This document shows positions 11,057 through 20,993 of a DNA stretch of 64,000 bases, piece by piece (position 1 is the stretch's first letter; the number at the start of each line of letters is the position of its first letter). The position numbers and the translations under genes were made by a program. Below the pieces are notes generated by a model, which saw only the letters and a list, made by a program, of their open reading frames with translations, did not search any database and was not told where the DNA came from. The DNA comes from Candidatus Latescibacterota bacterium (GTDB lineage Bacteria > Krumholzibacteriota > Krumholzibacteriia > WVZY01), in assembly GCA_963791045.1 (NCBI GenBank), contig CAWBQK010000011.1, positions 64,001 through 128,000 of the forward strand, given 5' to 3'.

Positions 11057-11593
11057 ATGGACAACGCGCTCATCATTTATCATTCTGATACCGGCAACAC
11101 GGAGAAGGTGGCGTTGGCTATCAAAAGGGGGATCGAAAGAGCGGGATGGTCGGCTACGCTCGAAACCGTTGAGGAAGCGAAGGGCACCGATCTATACGAT
11201 TACGATCTGGTCTGTATCGGCTCCCCGGTGATTCACGCCCTGCCGCCAAAGAAAGTTTTTGATTTCATCGAAGCGAACGACATCCGGTATCGCGAAGAAC
11301 GAGAAGTCATGCTGGCTTCGCCCAAACTCATCAACAAAAACGCGGTTGTGTTTTGCACGTACTCGGGGCCGCACTGCGGGATCAATGAAGCGCTCCCAGT
11401 CGGAAAATATATCCGCCAGTTTTTGGAGCATTTTGGATTCGATGTGAAAGACGAATGGTACGAAGTTGCTCAGTTCAACGGGTGGGACGAGGGCAGCACA
11501 AAGGGAAGGCTCGGGGACATTCGTGAGCGCCCGACAGAAGATGATTTGCTGCTCGTTGAGCTCAAGGCGGCGCAACTGACCAGATCCCTTTGA
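11057..11593 (+). CDS. Flavodoxin-like protein
   Basis: IIYHSDTGNTEKVA FMN-binding loop, YDLVCIGSP, VFCTYSG; RBS ggagg. Confidence 0.85.
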   Translation: MDNALIIYHSDTGNTEKVALAIKRGIERAGWSATLETVEEAKGTDLYDYDLVCIGSPVIHALPPKKVFDFIEANDIRYREEREVMLASPKLINKNAVVFCTYSGPHCGINEALPVGKYIRQFLEHFGFDVKDEWYEVAQFNGWDEGSTKGRLGDIRERPTEDDLLLVELKAAQLTRSL

Positions 11594-11803
11594 GAAACCG
11601 GCATTGATCAGCTGGAGCAGGATGAGCCTGATTGTCCTCTTGTCCTCTCGCATCGTTACATTCCTTTCTTGCGTTGTTGCTTCGGCGGCAGCCCTCCCAA
11701 TCTGCGATTGTTTACCTGTTGCTTGATATTCTCCAAATAGACACATTGATGTCATTCATAAATTAGCTTGATACATAGCTTTAACCTATGTATGGTTTTG
11801 GTG

Positions 11804-13465
11804 ATGAACGTCTGGACCGCATTGCTTGATGTCTTGATCATACTCGCCGCCGCCCTGGTCCTGGGAGGTGTGTTCGAGCGCTTCAAGCAGAACGCAATAC
11901 TCGGCTATCTGCTCGCCGGCACGTTGGTCGGCCCCCATGCGCTCGACCTGATCCCGAACCACGAGGCCTTGCAAGCGCTCACGGAGCTTGGCGTTGCTCT
12001 ATTGCTCTTCGTGATTGGGTTGGAGTTCTCGTGGCGGCGACTGAGAAGCCTCGGCGCAGTCGCTTTGGGTGGGGGCGCCTTTCAAGTCATCGTAACAACG
12101 TTTCTGGCAACCGTTGCCGCGGTGATGATCGGCCTGGACGCGAGACCGGCCTTTGTTGTTGGCAGCATCATTGCATTGAGCAGCACGGCCGTCGTGATAC
12201 GGCTGCTCGCGGACCGCGCGGAAATCGACAGCGTCTACGGTCGAAATACCCTGGGAATCTTGCTGTTCCAGGATATTGCGGTCGTCCCGATCGTCCTTGC
12301 CGTATCAGTTCTTGGGGGAGACGGGACTGTTTCCCAGATCCTTTGGGCGGTGGCTCGAGCGATCGGTGCGGCACTGCTTCTCACGGGGACTCTATATCTG
12401 CTGCTAATTCACATCGTGCCGAGACTATTTCGGTCCAGAGAGGCGACGAGAAACCGTGACCTACCGGCATTACTAACCATGGTCGCTGCCATTGGAAGCG
12501 CATGGGCTGCCCACGCGCTGGGAATTTCCCCGGTGCTTGGTGCGTTCGTCGCTGGCGTCATGCTCGCCGAATCACCGTTTGCCACGCAAATACGATCAGA
12601 CATTACCCCCTTGAAAACTCTTTTTGTGACCCTGTTCTTCAGCTCGATAGGGGCTTTGATAAATCCCGTTTGGGCACTGGAGCACTGGGTCACGGTAACC
12701 GCCGTGATGGCGGCAGTCATTTTAGGAAAAATCATTGTGACGGCCGCTGCGGGTCGTTTGTTTCGCGTGTCACTCGGATATTCCATCGCCACGGGTTTTT
12801 GTCTTGCACAGGTTGGCGAATTTTCATTTATGATAGCCGCCGTCGCGCGCAATGGCGGTGTGATCAGCCGCGGCCTGTTCGAACTGATGACTACGGTGGC
12901 CGTCACGACTCTCATGGTCACGCCGTATCTGGTCGCGGCCGCTCCCAGGATCGCCCGAGTTGTGACAAGCGTCAGACTCAAGGGTGCCCGGCGTGATCCT
13001 GGCGAAAACCAACGGGCCGATCATGGCGAACCCCCGCGCCGAAACCACATCGTGATCGTCGGCTTCGGCCCGGCGGGCAGACAGGTTGCAGAAGAGTTGT
13101 TGAAAGAAAACCACCCTCTCGTGGTGATCGAGCTGAATCCGAGACCGGCCGCAGAAGCCTCGGCGCTAGGCATTCCGCTGGTGGTTGGCGACGCGACACG
13201 TTGGGAGCTGCTGGAGCGCGTGGGAGTGGCGTCTGCGAAAGCCATTGCCGTGACGGTGCCCGACCCGGTTACCGCAAGGCAGATAACTGCACAAGTGCGT
13301 GGGGCGGGTGGCAATGCATTTGTCGTCGCACGCTCACGATATCACCGATATGTTCCGGATTTGATACGTGCGGGAGCAGAGGTCGTGGTCGATGAGGAGA
13401 CCGAAGTCGGTTTTCGAATTGCCTCGGCGGTACGAAAGGGTTTAGGAGAGCCGCCCGCGCAGTAG
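11804..13465 (+). CDS. CPA2 monovalent cation:proton antiporter with TrkA-N (KTN) domain, KefC/YbaL-like
   Basis: ELGVALLLFVIGLEFS, LSSTAVV, LLFQD, LAQVGEFSF, IVGFGPAG. Confidence 0.92.
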   Translation: MNVWTALLDVLIILAAALVLGGVFERFKQNAILGYLLAGTLVGPHALDLIPNHEALQALTELGVALLLFVIGLEFSWRRLRSLGAVALGGGAFQVIVTTFLATVAAVMIGLDARPAFVVGSIIALSSTAVVIRLLADRAEIDSVYGRNTLGILLFQDIAVVPIVLAVSVLGGDGTVSQILWAVARAIGAALLLTGTLYLLLIHIVPRLFRSREATRNRDLPALLTMVAAIGSAWAAHALGISPVLGAFVAGVMLAESPFATQIRSDITPLKTLFVTLFFSSIGALINPVWALEHWVTVTAVMAAVILGKIIVTAAAGRLFRVSLGYSIATGFCLAQVGEFSFMIAAVARNGGVISRGLFELMTTVAVTTLMVTPYLVAAAPRIARVVTSVRLKGARRDPGENQRADHGEPPRRNHIVIVGFGPAGRQVAEELLKENHPLVVIELNPRPAAEASALGIPLVVGDATRWELLERVGVASAKAIAVTVPDPVTARQITAQVRGAGGNAFVVARSRYHRYVPDLIRAGAEVVVDEETEVGFRIASAVRKGLGEPPAQ

Positions 13466-13515
13466 AATGATGTTCGCCGAGCCGGGCGAGCGGGCGATAT
13501 ACTGAATTAAACATC

Positions 13516-13947
13516 ATGACACAAAAAAGAAAACATCCTCCCTTCTTTTGGATTTACATGCTCGAGTGTGAAAACGGCGCGTACTATACGGGCTACTCGA
13601 CCAATCTTACCCGTCGTTTCAGACAGCACGTCGATGGCACGGCCAATGTGAAGTACACGCGCACCCATAAGCCCGTGCGAATCGCCCAGTGTTGGCGGCT
13701 GTACGACGCGGTTGGGACTGCTCTGAAGGTGGAGAGGGCGATCAAAACAATGGGGCGGAAGGCAAAAAACCGTCTCGTTGGAGAACCCATGGCGATCAAA
13801 AAACTGGTCGCGGCACGCCTGGGCACCGAACTCGATATTTACACGTTTGATCCGGTGAAAGTAGAAAAGGCGGCGAGGTCGCTTCCCGCCGATGATATCA
13901 AGACCGCCGAGGATCCGATGGCGGCAATGCCGCCGGGCGACTACTGA
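13516..13947 (+). CDS. GIY-YIG nuclease family protein (UPF0213-like)
   Basis: IYMLEC.NG.YYTGYSTNL.RR..QH..G...KYTR..KP. Confidence 0.9.
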   Translation: MTQKRKHPPFFWIYMLECENGAYYTGYSTNLTRRFRQHVDGTANVKYTRTHKPVRIAQCWRLYDAVGTALKVERAIKTMGRKAKNRLVGEPMAIKKLVAARLGTELDIYTFDPVKVEKAARSLPADDIKTAEDPMAAMPPGDY

Positions 13948-13979
13948 CTCGATCGGCCCTCGACGCAACGGCCGGATTT

Positions 13980-15098
13980 CTAGTACAAACTTACGTACTT
14001 GTATTCCATCATATAGGGTCCGTAACAAATCGACATGTAGTAGCTGCCGGTTGGGAAATACTCCTCGTTCACGTCATCCCAAAATTTGTACCGAATCAAG
14101 CGGTTCTTCCCCGGCAGAGAATTCTGGAACAGGTCGTCCACCACGCGGTCGCCGCATGTCACGTCTTCCCACCACCAGAATGTTTCCTGAAGGCTGATTC
14201 GAGTGACAGCCGTCTCGGAACCTCTGAATAGCACATACATCGTTTCCCCAACACCGACACTGGCGGGGAACGCCCAGAGAATCTCTCCGAATTTCAGGCC
14301 GGCGGTGAGGTTTGACAATTCCGACCAGTTGTCTAACTCGTCGGCGACCTTCATTGCGAAAAAGAAGTTCTGGTTGTACAACCCCGTCACAACAAAAGAT
14401 TCCGCTTCGCCCGATGGCTTTGGCGCCATCGAGTTGGGAATCGGTACGGCGCTATTCCATTGGGTCTCGTTTTCAATGGGTCGAATCGAGTAACGGATCT
14501 CATAACGGCTGGCCGTGCCCGAATAGAAGTCGTCGCCCGTCGCCGTCCACACCAGCACGAACGATGTGTCATTCGGAGCCTCGGCGTAGAGGTCCGAGAT
14601 GGGCGCCGGCGCGAATTCCTCCATCTGAGTTGTGCCGTCACAACAGTTGGACAGGGCGGATTCATTGCCTTCCTCGTCGGACGTCTTGAGCGCGAAGTGA
14701 TACTTCGTGTTGGATTCGAGACCGAGGATCACAATCGTCTCGATACTGCCCGCGGGCCTGGGCGTGGGTATCAGATTGGGGTCGATAGAGGTCGCCAAAT
14801 CCCATTCGTCATTGATAATCGGGTTCTGTGAATACCGAATGTCGTAACTATCCGCGGTCCCCTCGTGTGCGTCATCCCCGGGCGCGGTCCAGACCAGCGC
14901 CATGGACTGGTAGGTGTGCGTGTTGGTGCGGAGATTGGCGACCGTTGAGGGTGGGATGGAGTCGGGTTGTGGGTTCACAACAACGCCGTTTACAGGTGGC
15001 CCGTCGTCGTCGCCGCCGCAGTTTGAGATGGTAAGCGAGGTCAAAGCTACGAATGTTGCGAGGACGAGGAGAAAAAGAGAGCCGCATGGATTTCTCAT
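13980..15098 (-). CDS. Lipoprotein with two fibronectin type III domains
   Basis: Lipobox-like ISNC; two repeats of LVWTA.GDD...GTA..Y.IRYS...FA.K..DE..N.S.LSN. Confidence 0.85.
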   Translation of the reverse strand: MRNPCGSLFLLVLATFVALTSLTISNCGGDDDGPPVNGVVVNPQPDSIPPSTVANLRTNTHTYQSMALVWTAPGDDAHEGTADSYDIRYSQNPIINDEWDLATSIDPNLIPTPRPAGSIETIVILGLESNTKYHFALKTSDEEGNESALSNCCDGTTQMEEFAPAPISDLYAEAPNDTSFVLVWTATGDDFYSGTASRYEIRYSIRPIENETQWNSAVPIPNSMAPKPSGEAESFVVTGLYNQNFFFAMKVADELDNWSELSNLTAGLKFGEILWAFPASVGVGETMYVLFRGSETAVTRISLQETFWWWEDVTCGDRVVDDLFQNSLPGKNRLIRYKFWDDVNEEYFPTGSYYMSICYGPYMMEYKYVSLY

Positions 15099-15529
15099 CG
15101 TTGTCTCTGCCCTTGTTGGAGTCGGACGCGTACCAAATAATTATAGCATATCTCTGGTGGGGTAGAAGGCCGTACAACTGTATATACGGCGGATCCCGCG
15201 TCAATGTTTCCGGAGCTGTGTCGCCACTCCACCCGGCGAAGCCTGACTTTCTGCGCGAAGTTTACAAACGGGCTCCAACCTTTTTGGGGAATTCCCCCAG
15301 AATTCGATGTCACAGGCTTGCGTATGGTTCCTCATCACGGCGAGTAATCCCTTTAACATAAACACATTACGAAGTTTACCCCGGGCGAGCCAGCGCCCGG
15401 CAGGGGTCTTGCAGTTGTATTTCAACGGCAAGCCCACTTTTTAATATTGATGTTAAGCGAAATCGGGATCGGTCGCTAATTTGGCCGGGGTAAAGGTCCC
15501 CGATCAAACGCCGAATCTTTAAGCGTCAC

Positions 15530-15865
15530 ATGCCGCGGGAAAGGAGTTTCAAGTTGGTAATTATTCGTGGCCAGGTTCATCCGAATCGGCTCAAAAACGC
15601 ACGCAACAAGCTCGCGTCCCTTTTCGGGCCGGGACGGTGGAAGATCGAATACACGGTGCGGGACCATATTGGCGAACATGTCGACAAAGGCAGCTCCAGA
15701 GCACAGTCGAACGGGTGTTTTGCGCTCACCGTCGACGCGCGGGGACCCAGTACCGTCGAGGTCCGGGTCAAGGGAGGAACCGCTTACCTGGACGACTTCT
15801 GTACCGTTGAACTGAACTCCGGTACCGATATAGTCAATTTGCCTCGCAGGCTGTATCCCAAGTAA
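15530..15865 (+). CDS. Small hypothetical protein
   Basis: 111-aa ATG ORF with plausible composition in an otherwise empty gap; no family recognised. Confidence 0.4.
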   Translation: MPRERSFKLVIIRGQVHPNRLKNARNKLASLFGPGRWKIEYTVRDHIGEHVDKGSSRAQSNGCFALTVDARGPSTVEVRVKGGTAYLDDFCTVELNSGTDIVNLPRRLYPK

Positions 15866-16187
15866 CTCGTCAGATACACGGCCGGCGCGTCGAACCGGCA
15901 CGTCAGACAAAAATTGCCGACACGCCGTCCCGCAACGGATGTGTGGAATGTTGCCTGCATGACCCGTCAGGATTCACTTCAGTCCGGGGGGCGTTGTCCC
16001 GCGCCCCCTTTGGTCTGGCAAAAAGTGTCCACCATCACCCGTGATTCCCCGCGGACGCCCGCCAGGTCCCCCGCTGCGATGGGAAATTTCAACTCGATTT
16101 GATATACTCTTTATAGAAATCACATCCGTCGCCTTGCACCTGTTTCGACTTTCACTCCCCACGCCATCTCCTTTCGTTAGGGCAACA

Positions 16188-18071
16188 ATGCAAGGAAGAA
16201 CGCGCACGTTTCTGAACTCACTTCGCCTCGCACTCTTGCTGGTGCTCATGACGACGTCTTGCAGCGATGACGGCGTCCGTCCACAGGAGGGTGCAGCCAC
16301 TAAGCCCGGGCTCTCCGGCTGGTTCTGGCAAAACCCGCTTCCGCAACAAAACACACTCCGCGATGTTTGCGCAATTTCCGCCGATGCTGTCGTGGCGGTA
16401 GGGGATATCGGTACCGTCATTATGACGATGGATGGGGGCGACACATGGCGGTCGCTCGTGACTGGAACTCCCAGAGATCTTTTTGGTGTGTATTTTATGG
16501 ACGCCAATCGGGGGTGGGTTGTGGGAGACGCCGGAACGATTCTTTGTACGACAAACGGCGGAACGTCCTGGTCGGATCAGACGAGTTTTCCCACGATCAG
16601 ACTCAATGCCGTCTTTTTTGCAGACGCGCTGACCGGTTGGGCGGTCGGCAATCGAGGCGCCATTCTCGAGACGCCCGACGGAGGGGAGACGTGGGCGCTT
16701 TTGCCGAGCGTGACGGTTTCCAATCTCCACGATGTTGTTTTTGTGGATACCCAGACAGGCTGGGTCGCTGGTGACAACGGCTCGGTTTTCAAAACGACGA
16801 ACGGCGGCGATACCTGGACGGGCGGTTTTGCCGGTGGGTCGGCGGGCGCGTTTCGCGCCGTGGCATTCGTTGACAAGAACAAAGGCTGGGTCGTCGGTAC
16901 CGGCGGAGACATTCTGAGTACGGTGGACGGCGGCGGCGAATGGACGGCGCAAGATAGCGAGACGTCGACCGAATTGACCGGGGTGGATTTCGCGGACACA
17001 ACGATGGGATGGGTGTGTGGGGTGGCGGGCTTGATACTCCAAACGGTGGACGGCGGCGATACGTGGACGTCGCGGGCCACCGAATCAGGTGAAGACTTTT
17101 ATGAAATCGACATGACGGGCGACGCAGGGTGGATCGTGGGCGTGTCGGGAGAAATTTTGACCACGCAGAATGCGGGTGAAGCCTGGGAAACCCGGAAGAA
17201 CGGGGAGGAGGATGATCTGCGTGGAGTGTGCGCCGCGAGCGAGACCCACGCGTGGGCGGTTGGAGACGGCGGCCTGATACTCTCCACAACCGACGGCGGT
17301 TCGGAATGGCTCCCGCTCACGAGTGGGACGACAATCGATCTCAACGACGTGTATTTCGTCGGGACTCAGACGGGATGGGTGGCCGGCGCCGAAGGTTATA
17401 TCGCCTCAACATCGGATGGGGGTGTTACGTGGACCGGGCAGGACAGCGGAACCGATCTCAACCTCGTCGAGGTCTGGTTCCTGGACGATGATTTTGGATG
17501 GGTGATTGGCGGATTGTGGACGGGTTCCGCTACCGCACAGGTGATTCTGAAGACAATCGATGGCGGGGAGGAATGGACTCCCATTGAAACAGGGTCAAAC
17601 TGGAAACCCAATGGCGTTTACTTTGTCGACCGAAATGTTGGTTGGATTGTCGGCATCGGCGGAAGGGTTCTCACCACGGTAAACGGCGGAGAGGACTGGG
17701 TCGTCCACAAGTCGGGGACTTACAAACATCTCTACGATGTCTGGTTTGCCGACGAGAGAACCGGCTGGGTCGTCGGAGACAGGGGAGCACTTCTTCGTTC
17801 GGACGATGGCGGGAATACCTGGGTCCCGCAGTTCAGTGGAGGTGACATCGATCTCCTCGGCGTGACCTTTGTCGACGCCAACACAGGTTGGATTGCCGGG
17901 GCGGGTGGCCTGATTCTAAAGACCGAAAATGGGGGGGCGACGTGGGACCCTCAGTTCTCAGGAACGATCAATAATTTCCAGGAAGTGTGTTTCGTCTCGC
18001 CGGATAAGGGATGGGTGGTGGGCCGCTATGGAATTATCTTGAAAACGGTTACGGGCGGTGAATTCAAATAG
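16188..18071 (+). CDS. YCF48-related / BNR Asp-box beta-propeller lipoprotein
   Basis: Lipobox TTSC; ~14 repeats of V.F.D...GW.VG..G.IL.T.DGG..W. Confidence 0.9.
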   Translation: MQGRTRTFLNSLRLALLLVLMTTSCSDDGVRPQEGAATKPGLSGWFWQNPLPQQNTLRDVCAISADAVVAVGDIGTVIMTMDGGDTWRSLVTGTPRDLFGVYFMDANRGWVVGDAGTILCTTNGGTSWSDQTSFPTIRLNAVFFADALTGWAVGNRGAILETPDGGETWALLPSVTVSNLHDVVFVDTQTGWVAGDNGSVFKTTNGGDTWTGGFAGGSAGAFRAVAFVDKNKGWVVGTGGDILSTVDGGGEWTAQDSETSTELTGVDFADTTMGWVCGVAGLILQTVDGGDTWTSRATESGEDFYEIDMTGDAGWIVGVSGEILTTQNAGEAWETRKNGEEDDLRGVCAASETHAWAVGDGGLILSTTDGGSEWLPLTSGTTIDLNDVYFVGTQTGWVAGAEGYIASTSDGGVTWTGQDSGTDLNLVEVWFLDDDFGWVIGGLWTGSATAQVILKTIDGGEEWTPIETGSNWKPNGVYFVDRNVGWIVGIGGRVLTTVNGGEDWVVHKSGTYKHLYDVWFADERTGWVVGDRGALLRSDDGGNTWVPQFSGGDIDLLGVTFVDANTGWIAGAGGLILKTENGGATWDPQFSGTINNFQEVCFVSPDKGWVVGRYGIILKTVTGGEFK

Positions 18072-18090
18072 CCGAGTGCGCCGATATCGA

Positions 18091-18132
18091 AAAGAGGCCC
18101 CGGCGGTTTTGAAGCCGGCGGGGCCTCTTCTT
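18091..18132. terminator. Bidirectional terminator
   Basis: aagaggcccc...ggggcctctt stem between convergent genes. Confidence 0.75.
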
Positions 18133-18147
18133 GTCGTCAACCGTGGT

Positions 18148-19170
18148 CTACGGTTCGTCGGTTACGGACGGAGCGCTGGTGACTTCGATCTTCTCCCATG
18201 TGGAGATCTCATCGACAAACCGCTGCGACAGAACGGCGAGGTCAACCGCTTCGACATCGAACTCTTCGAGAACGAGTTCGATACGACTCAGATTGGCGGC
18301 CGCTTTGAAATTCGATTCGTCGGCATCGACGGCGATCCGATAGACATCTTCGGCGGCGCGGTAACGGCCGGTGAGTTCCAGCGCCATCCCCAGGTTGTTG
18401 CGGAACATCGCGACGTCGCCCTTGAGTTCAACAGCGCGGGCGAGTGGTGGAAGCGCCTTGTCGTACATTTCTTCCTGGAGATAGATCATTCCGAGGTTGT
18501 TCATTGACCAGGCGTCCTGGTCGTCGATCTGAATCGCGCGCCGATATGCTTCGACGGCCTGCGGGTTTTGGCGAACCTGGCGGAACATGCGGCCCTTGAG
18601 ACGGTACGCGGCGTTCGATTCGGGATCGACGGAGAGCGCGTCATTGATTCTGTCGAGAGCGTCCATCGGGCGGCCCCTGTCGAGAAGCACGCGGCTCAAG
18701 TTGAGGTTGCTCTTGACGTGATCAGGATCGAGTTCGAGCGCGCGCTCGAATGCCTTTTCGGCCACTTCATAGTCACCGGATTTCCATGCGGAGAGCCCGA
18801 GCATGTAGTGTCCCCACGGATTCTCGCCCTTATGATGTGTATACGCGGTGAAAAGTTCGGTCGCGTCTTCGTAACGCCGCTCACGGTAGGCCGTCTCAGC
18901 CTCTTCGTAGGTCACTTCACGCGGTGGTTCGAATTTGGCGACCATGGTGTCTTCGCGTTCATCCTGCGCGACACTCGCGACTAGTTCGTCCTCGAGATCG
19001 ACAGTCGCCGGCAGTGACGGAGTGGAACGCTCCGTCGTCAACAATGCGACGTCTTGGGGTGACGTGTTCTCGTCACCGGTCCAGTCATATACGGCGATGA
19101 AGACGAGGGCCATGGCAACGGCCGCCGCTCCCAGTATCAATACACTTCGTTTCTGCAATGCGCTCATCAT
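18148..19170 (-). CDS. Membrane-anchored tetratricopeptide repeat protein
   Basis: N-terminal TM, ~6 TPRs (e.g. AWSMNNLG, FRNNLG); RBS aaaggagg. Confidence 0.9.
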   Translation of the reverse strand: MMSALQKRSVLILGAAAVAMALVFIAVYDWTGDENTSPQDVALLTTERSTPSLPATVDLEDELVASVAQDEREDTMVAKFEPPREVTYEEAETAYRERRYEDATELFTAYTHHKGENPWGHYMLGLSAWKSGDYEVAEKAFERALELDPDHVKSNLNLSRVLLDRGRPMDALDRINDALSVDPESNAAYRLKGRMFRQVRQNPQAVEAYRRAIQIDDQDAWSMNNLGMIYLQEEMYDKALPPLARAVELKGDVAMFRNNLGMALELTGRYRAAEDVYRIAVDADESNFKAAANLSRIELVLEEFDVEAVDLAVLSQRFVDEISTWEKIEVTSAPSVTDEP

Positions 19171-19235
19171 GATGAGCCTCCTTTCAAGTACCTGTCCTGT
19201 GGCACGTGCTCGGATCGACAGACGCCTTCGGCGCC

Positions 19236-19419
19236 AGGCGCGGGTGGCATCGGTGGGGCCCCCGAGGCGGCGCAGCGTCGCGGAGTGCGGGTGGCGTGCA
19301 CGGCGCTTTTGTCGACGACCGAGTGGTCGTTTCGTGACCGGTGCTGCTATCGGCGAATCAGCGATCCGCACGAAGCGTTAGCGAGCACGCCTGGGGTGAC
19401 CGATGACAGGACCCGTGCC
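19236..19419. repeat. Structured dispersed intergenic element, copy 2 (long interior)
   Basis: Shares both terminal blocks with 1415-1494 in inverted orientation. Confidence 0.8.
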
Positions 19420-19554
19420 GCGCCGCGTGCCTATAGTATATGGCAAGCTGGAGGACCGAAAGGATACACATTCGAGCCCAAAACATAAGTCAGTATAGAT
19501 TAATCAGATAGGGCGGCGGTGTTGCTGATTGAAAAGGATAGAAGGGAGGAAGAT

Positions 19555-19606
19555 GTGTCCATGTGGACACGTTTGTTGGGACGCGAATATGTGTCCAATT
19601 GGACAC
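19555..19606. promoter_or_regulatory. Tandem palindromes GTGTCC-N4-GGACAC, candidate enhancer (UAS) of the adjacent sigma54 activator
   Basis: gtgtcc-atgt-ggacac (19555-19570) and gtgtcc-aatt-ggacac (19591-19606). Confidence 0.6.
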
Positions 19607-19611
19607 AGCGT

Positions 19612-20967
19612 CTAAGAGCGCTTGATGTCGTGGCGGCGCATGATTTTCAGAAGGCTCGCGTGGTCGGCCAGGCCGAGCGCTTTTGCCGTCTGCGTGATAT
19701 TCCACTCGTTTCGTGCGAGCGCCGCCGTGACGATGCGCCGCTCGGCGTCGGTCTTGAGCTCCTGAAAAGTCTGGGCTTCGACCGCGTCGCTTTGTGTTTC
19801 GGCGCGGCGAATTTCGTGCGGGACTTCACCGGTTCCGATCATCGCGCCGTCGGTTGCGATGACCATTCGTTCGATGATGTTTCTCAATTCGCGGACGTTG
19901 TTTCGTCTCCAGTCATAAGCGGCCAGAATCTCCGCGGCTTCGGCTTGAATCCGCTTCTTCTTGATTCCATAACGCGAACAAATCGATGTGAGAAAATGAT
20001 CGGTGAGTTGCGCGACGTCGGAGCGCCGGTCACGAAGAGGAGGCACGTGGACGATGTGAACATTCAAACGGTAAAAGAGATCCTGCCGGAACCGCCCGCC
20101 TTCGACTTCTTTTTCGAGGTCGCGGTTTGTTGCGGCGACGACACGCGCGTCGACCTGAAACGTCCGCTCTCCGCCGACGCGGGTGACTTCTCGCTGCTCG
20201 AGAACACGAAGCAGCTTGGCCTGCCCGGCAAGCGGCAGTTCCCCAATCTCATCGAGGAATAACGTCCCGCCGCCGGCGCGTTCGAAAGCACCCCGCCGCA
20301 TCTGGTTGGCGCCCGTGAACGCCCCGCGTTCGTGCCCGAATAGTTCGCTTTCGACGAGGTTCTCAGGCAGTGCGGCGCTGTTTATCGCAACGAACGGCTT
20401 TTTGTCACCAAAGCCGACACGGTGGAGTTCGCGCGCTACGATTTCCTTGCCCGTTCCCGTTTCGCCCGTGATGAGGACGGGACTCGGAATCGGCGCAACG
20501 CGGCCAATCTGTTCTTTGAGTTTTTGCATGGCGGGACTCGAACCAACGAGCGGTGTGTCCTCTCCGAGATCGCGTTTGAGCGCCTGGATCTCCATCGCGA
20601 GCAGCGCACGTTCGAGGACGTTTTCGACTTCCTGAGCGACGCGTTCCATGGATTCGGATTTGTCGATAAAGCTGTACGCGCCGAGCTTGATCGCTTTGAC
20701 ACAGCGCTCGAAGTCGCCGGTGCCCGTGTAGACGATGACGGGCACATCGAGGTTTTGTTTTTTGATTCTTCGGAGCACTTCGAAGCCGTCGATGTCAGGC
20801 ATTTCGAGATCGAGGATCACGCAGTCGACGGCCTCGCTCGCGATGGCGTCGAGAGCCGCTTCGCCGCCGGTGGCGACGATGGTGTTGTGCCCGCCGACGC
20901 GCTTGAGATCGTACGCGTACTGTTCGGCGAGCGTTTTGACATCATCAACGATCAATACGAGTGCCAT
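19612..20967 (-). CDS. Sigma54-dependent response regulator (NtrC/ZraR family)
   Basis: REC domain, GETGTGKE Walker A, ESELFGHERGAFTGA, LFLDEIGE, Fis-type HTH. Confidence 0.95.
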   Translation of the reverse strand: MALVLIVDDVKTLAEQYAYDLKRVGGHNTIVATGGEAALDAIASEAVDCVILDLEMPDIDGFEVLRRIKKQNLDVPVIVYTGTGDFERCVKAIKLGAYSFIDKSESMERVAQEVENVLERALLAMEIQALKRDLGEDTPLVGSSPAMQKLKEQIGRVAPIPSPVLITGETGTGKEIVARELHRVGFGDKKPFVAINSAALPENLVESELFGHERGAFTGANQMRRGAFERAGGGTLFLDEIGELPLAGQAKLLRVLEQREVTRVGGERTFQVDARVVAATNRDLEKEVEGGRFRQDLFYRLNVHIVHVPPLRDRRSDVAQLTDHFLTSICSRYGIKKKRIQAEAAEILAAYDWRRNNVRELRNIIERMVIATDGAMIGTGEVPHEIRRAETQSDAVEAQTFQELKTDAERRIVTAALARNEWNITQTAKALGLADHASLLKIMRRHDIKRS

Positions 20968-20993
20968 GCAATAATTCCTTCCTGTGCCCGCGC

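Noticed and set aside
13516-13947. GIY-YIG gene as a homing endonuclease or mobile element
   Set aside because: Short stand-alone UPF0213 type with no intron or flanking repeats.
16330-18060. Periodic repeats that might suggest a CRISPR or tandem DNA array
   Set aside because: Degenerate protein-level propeller repeats; no identical DNA repeats with spacers.
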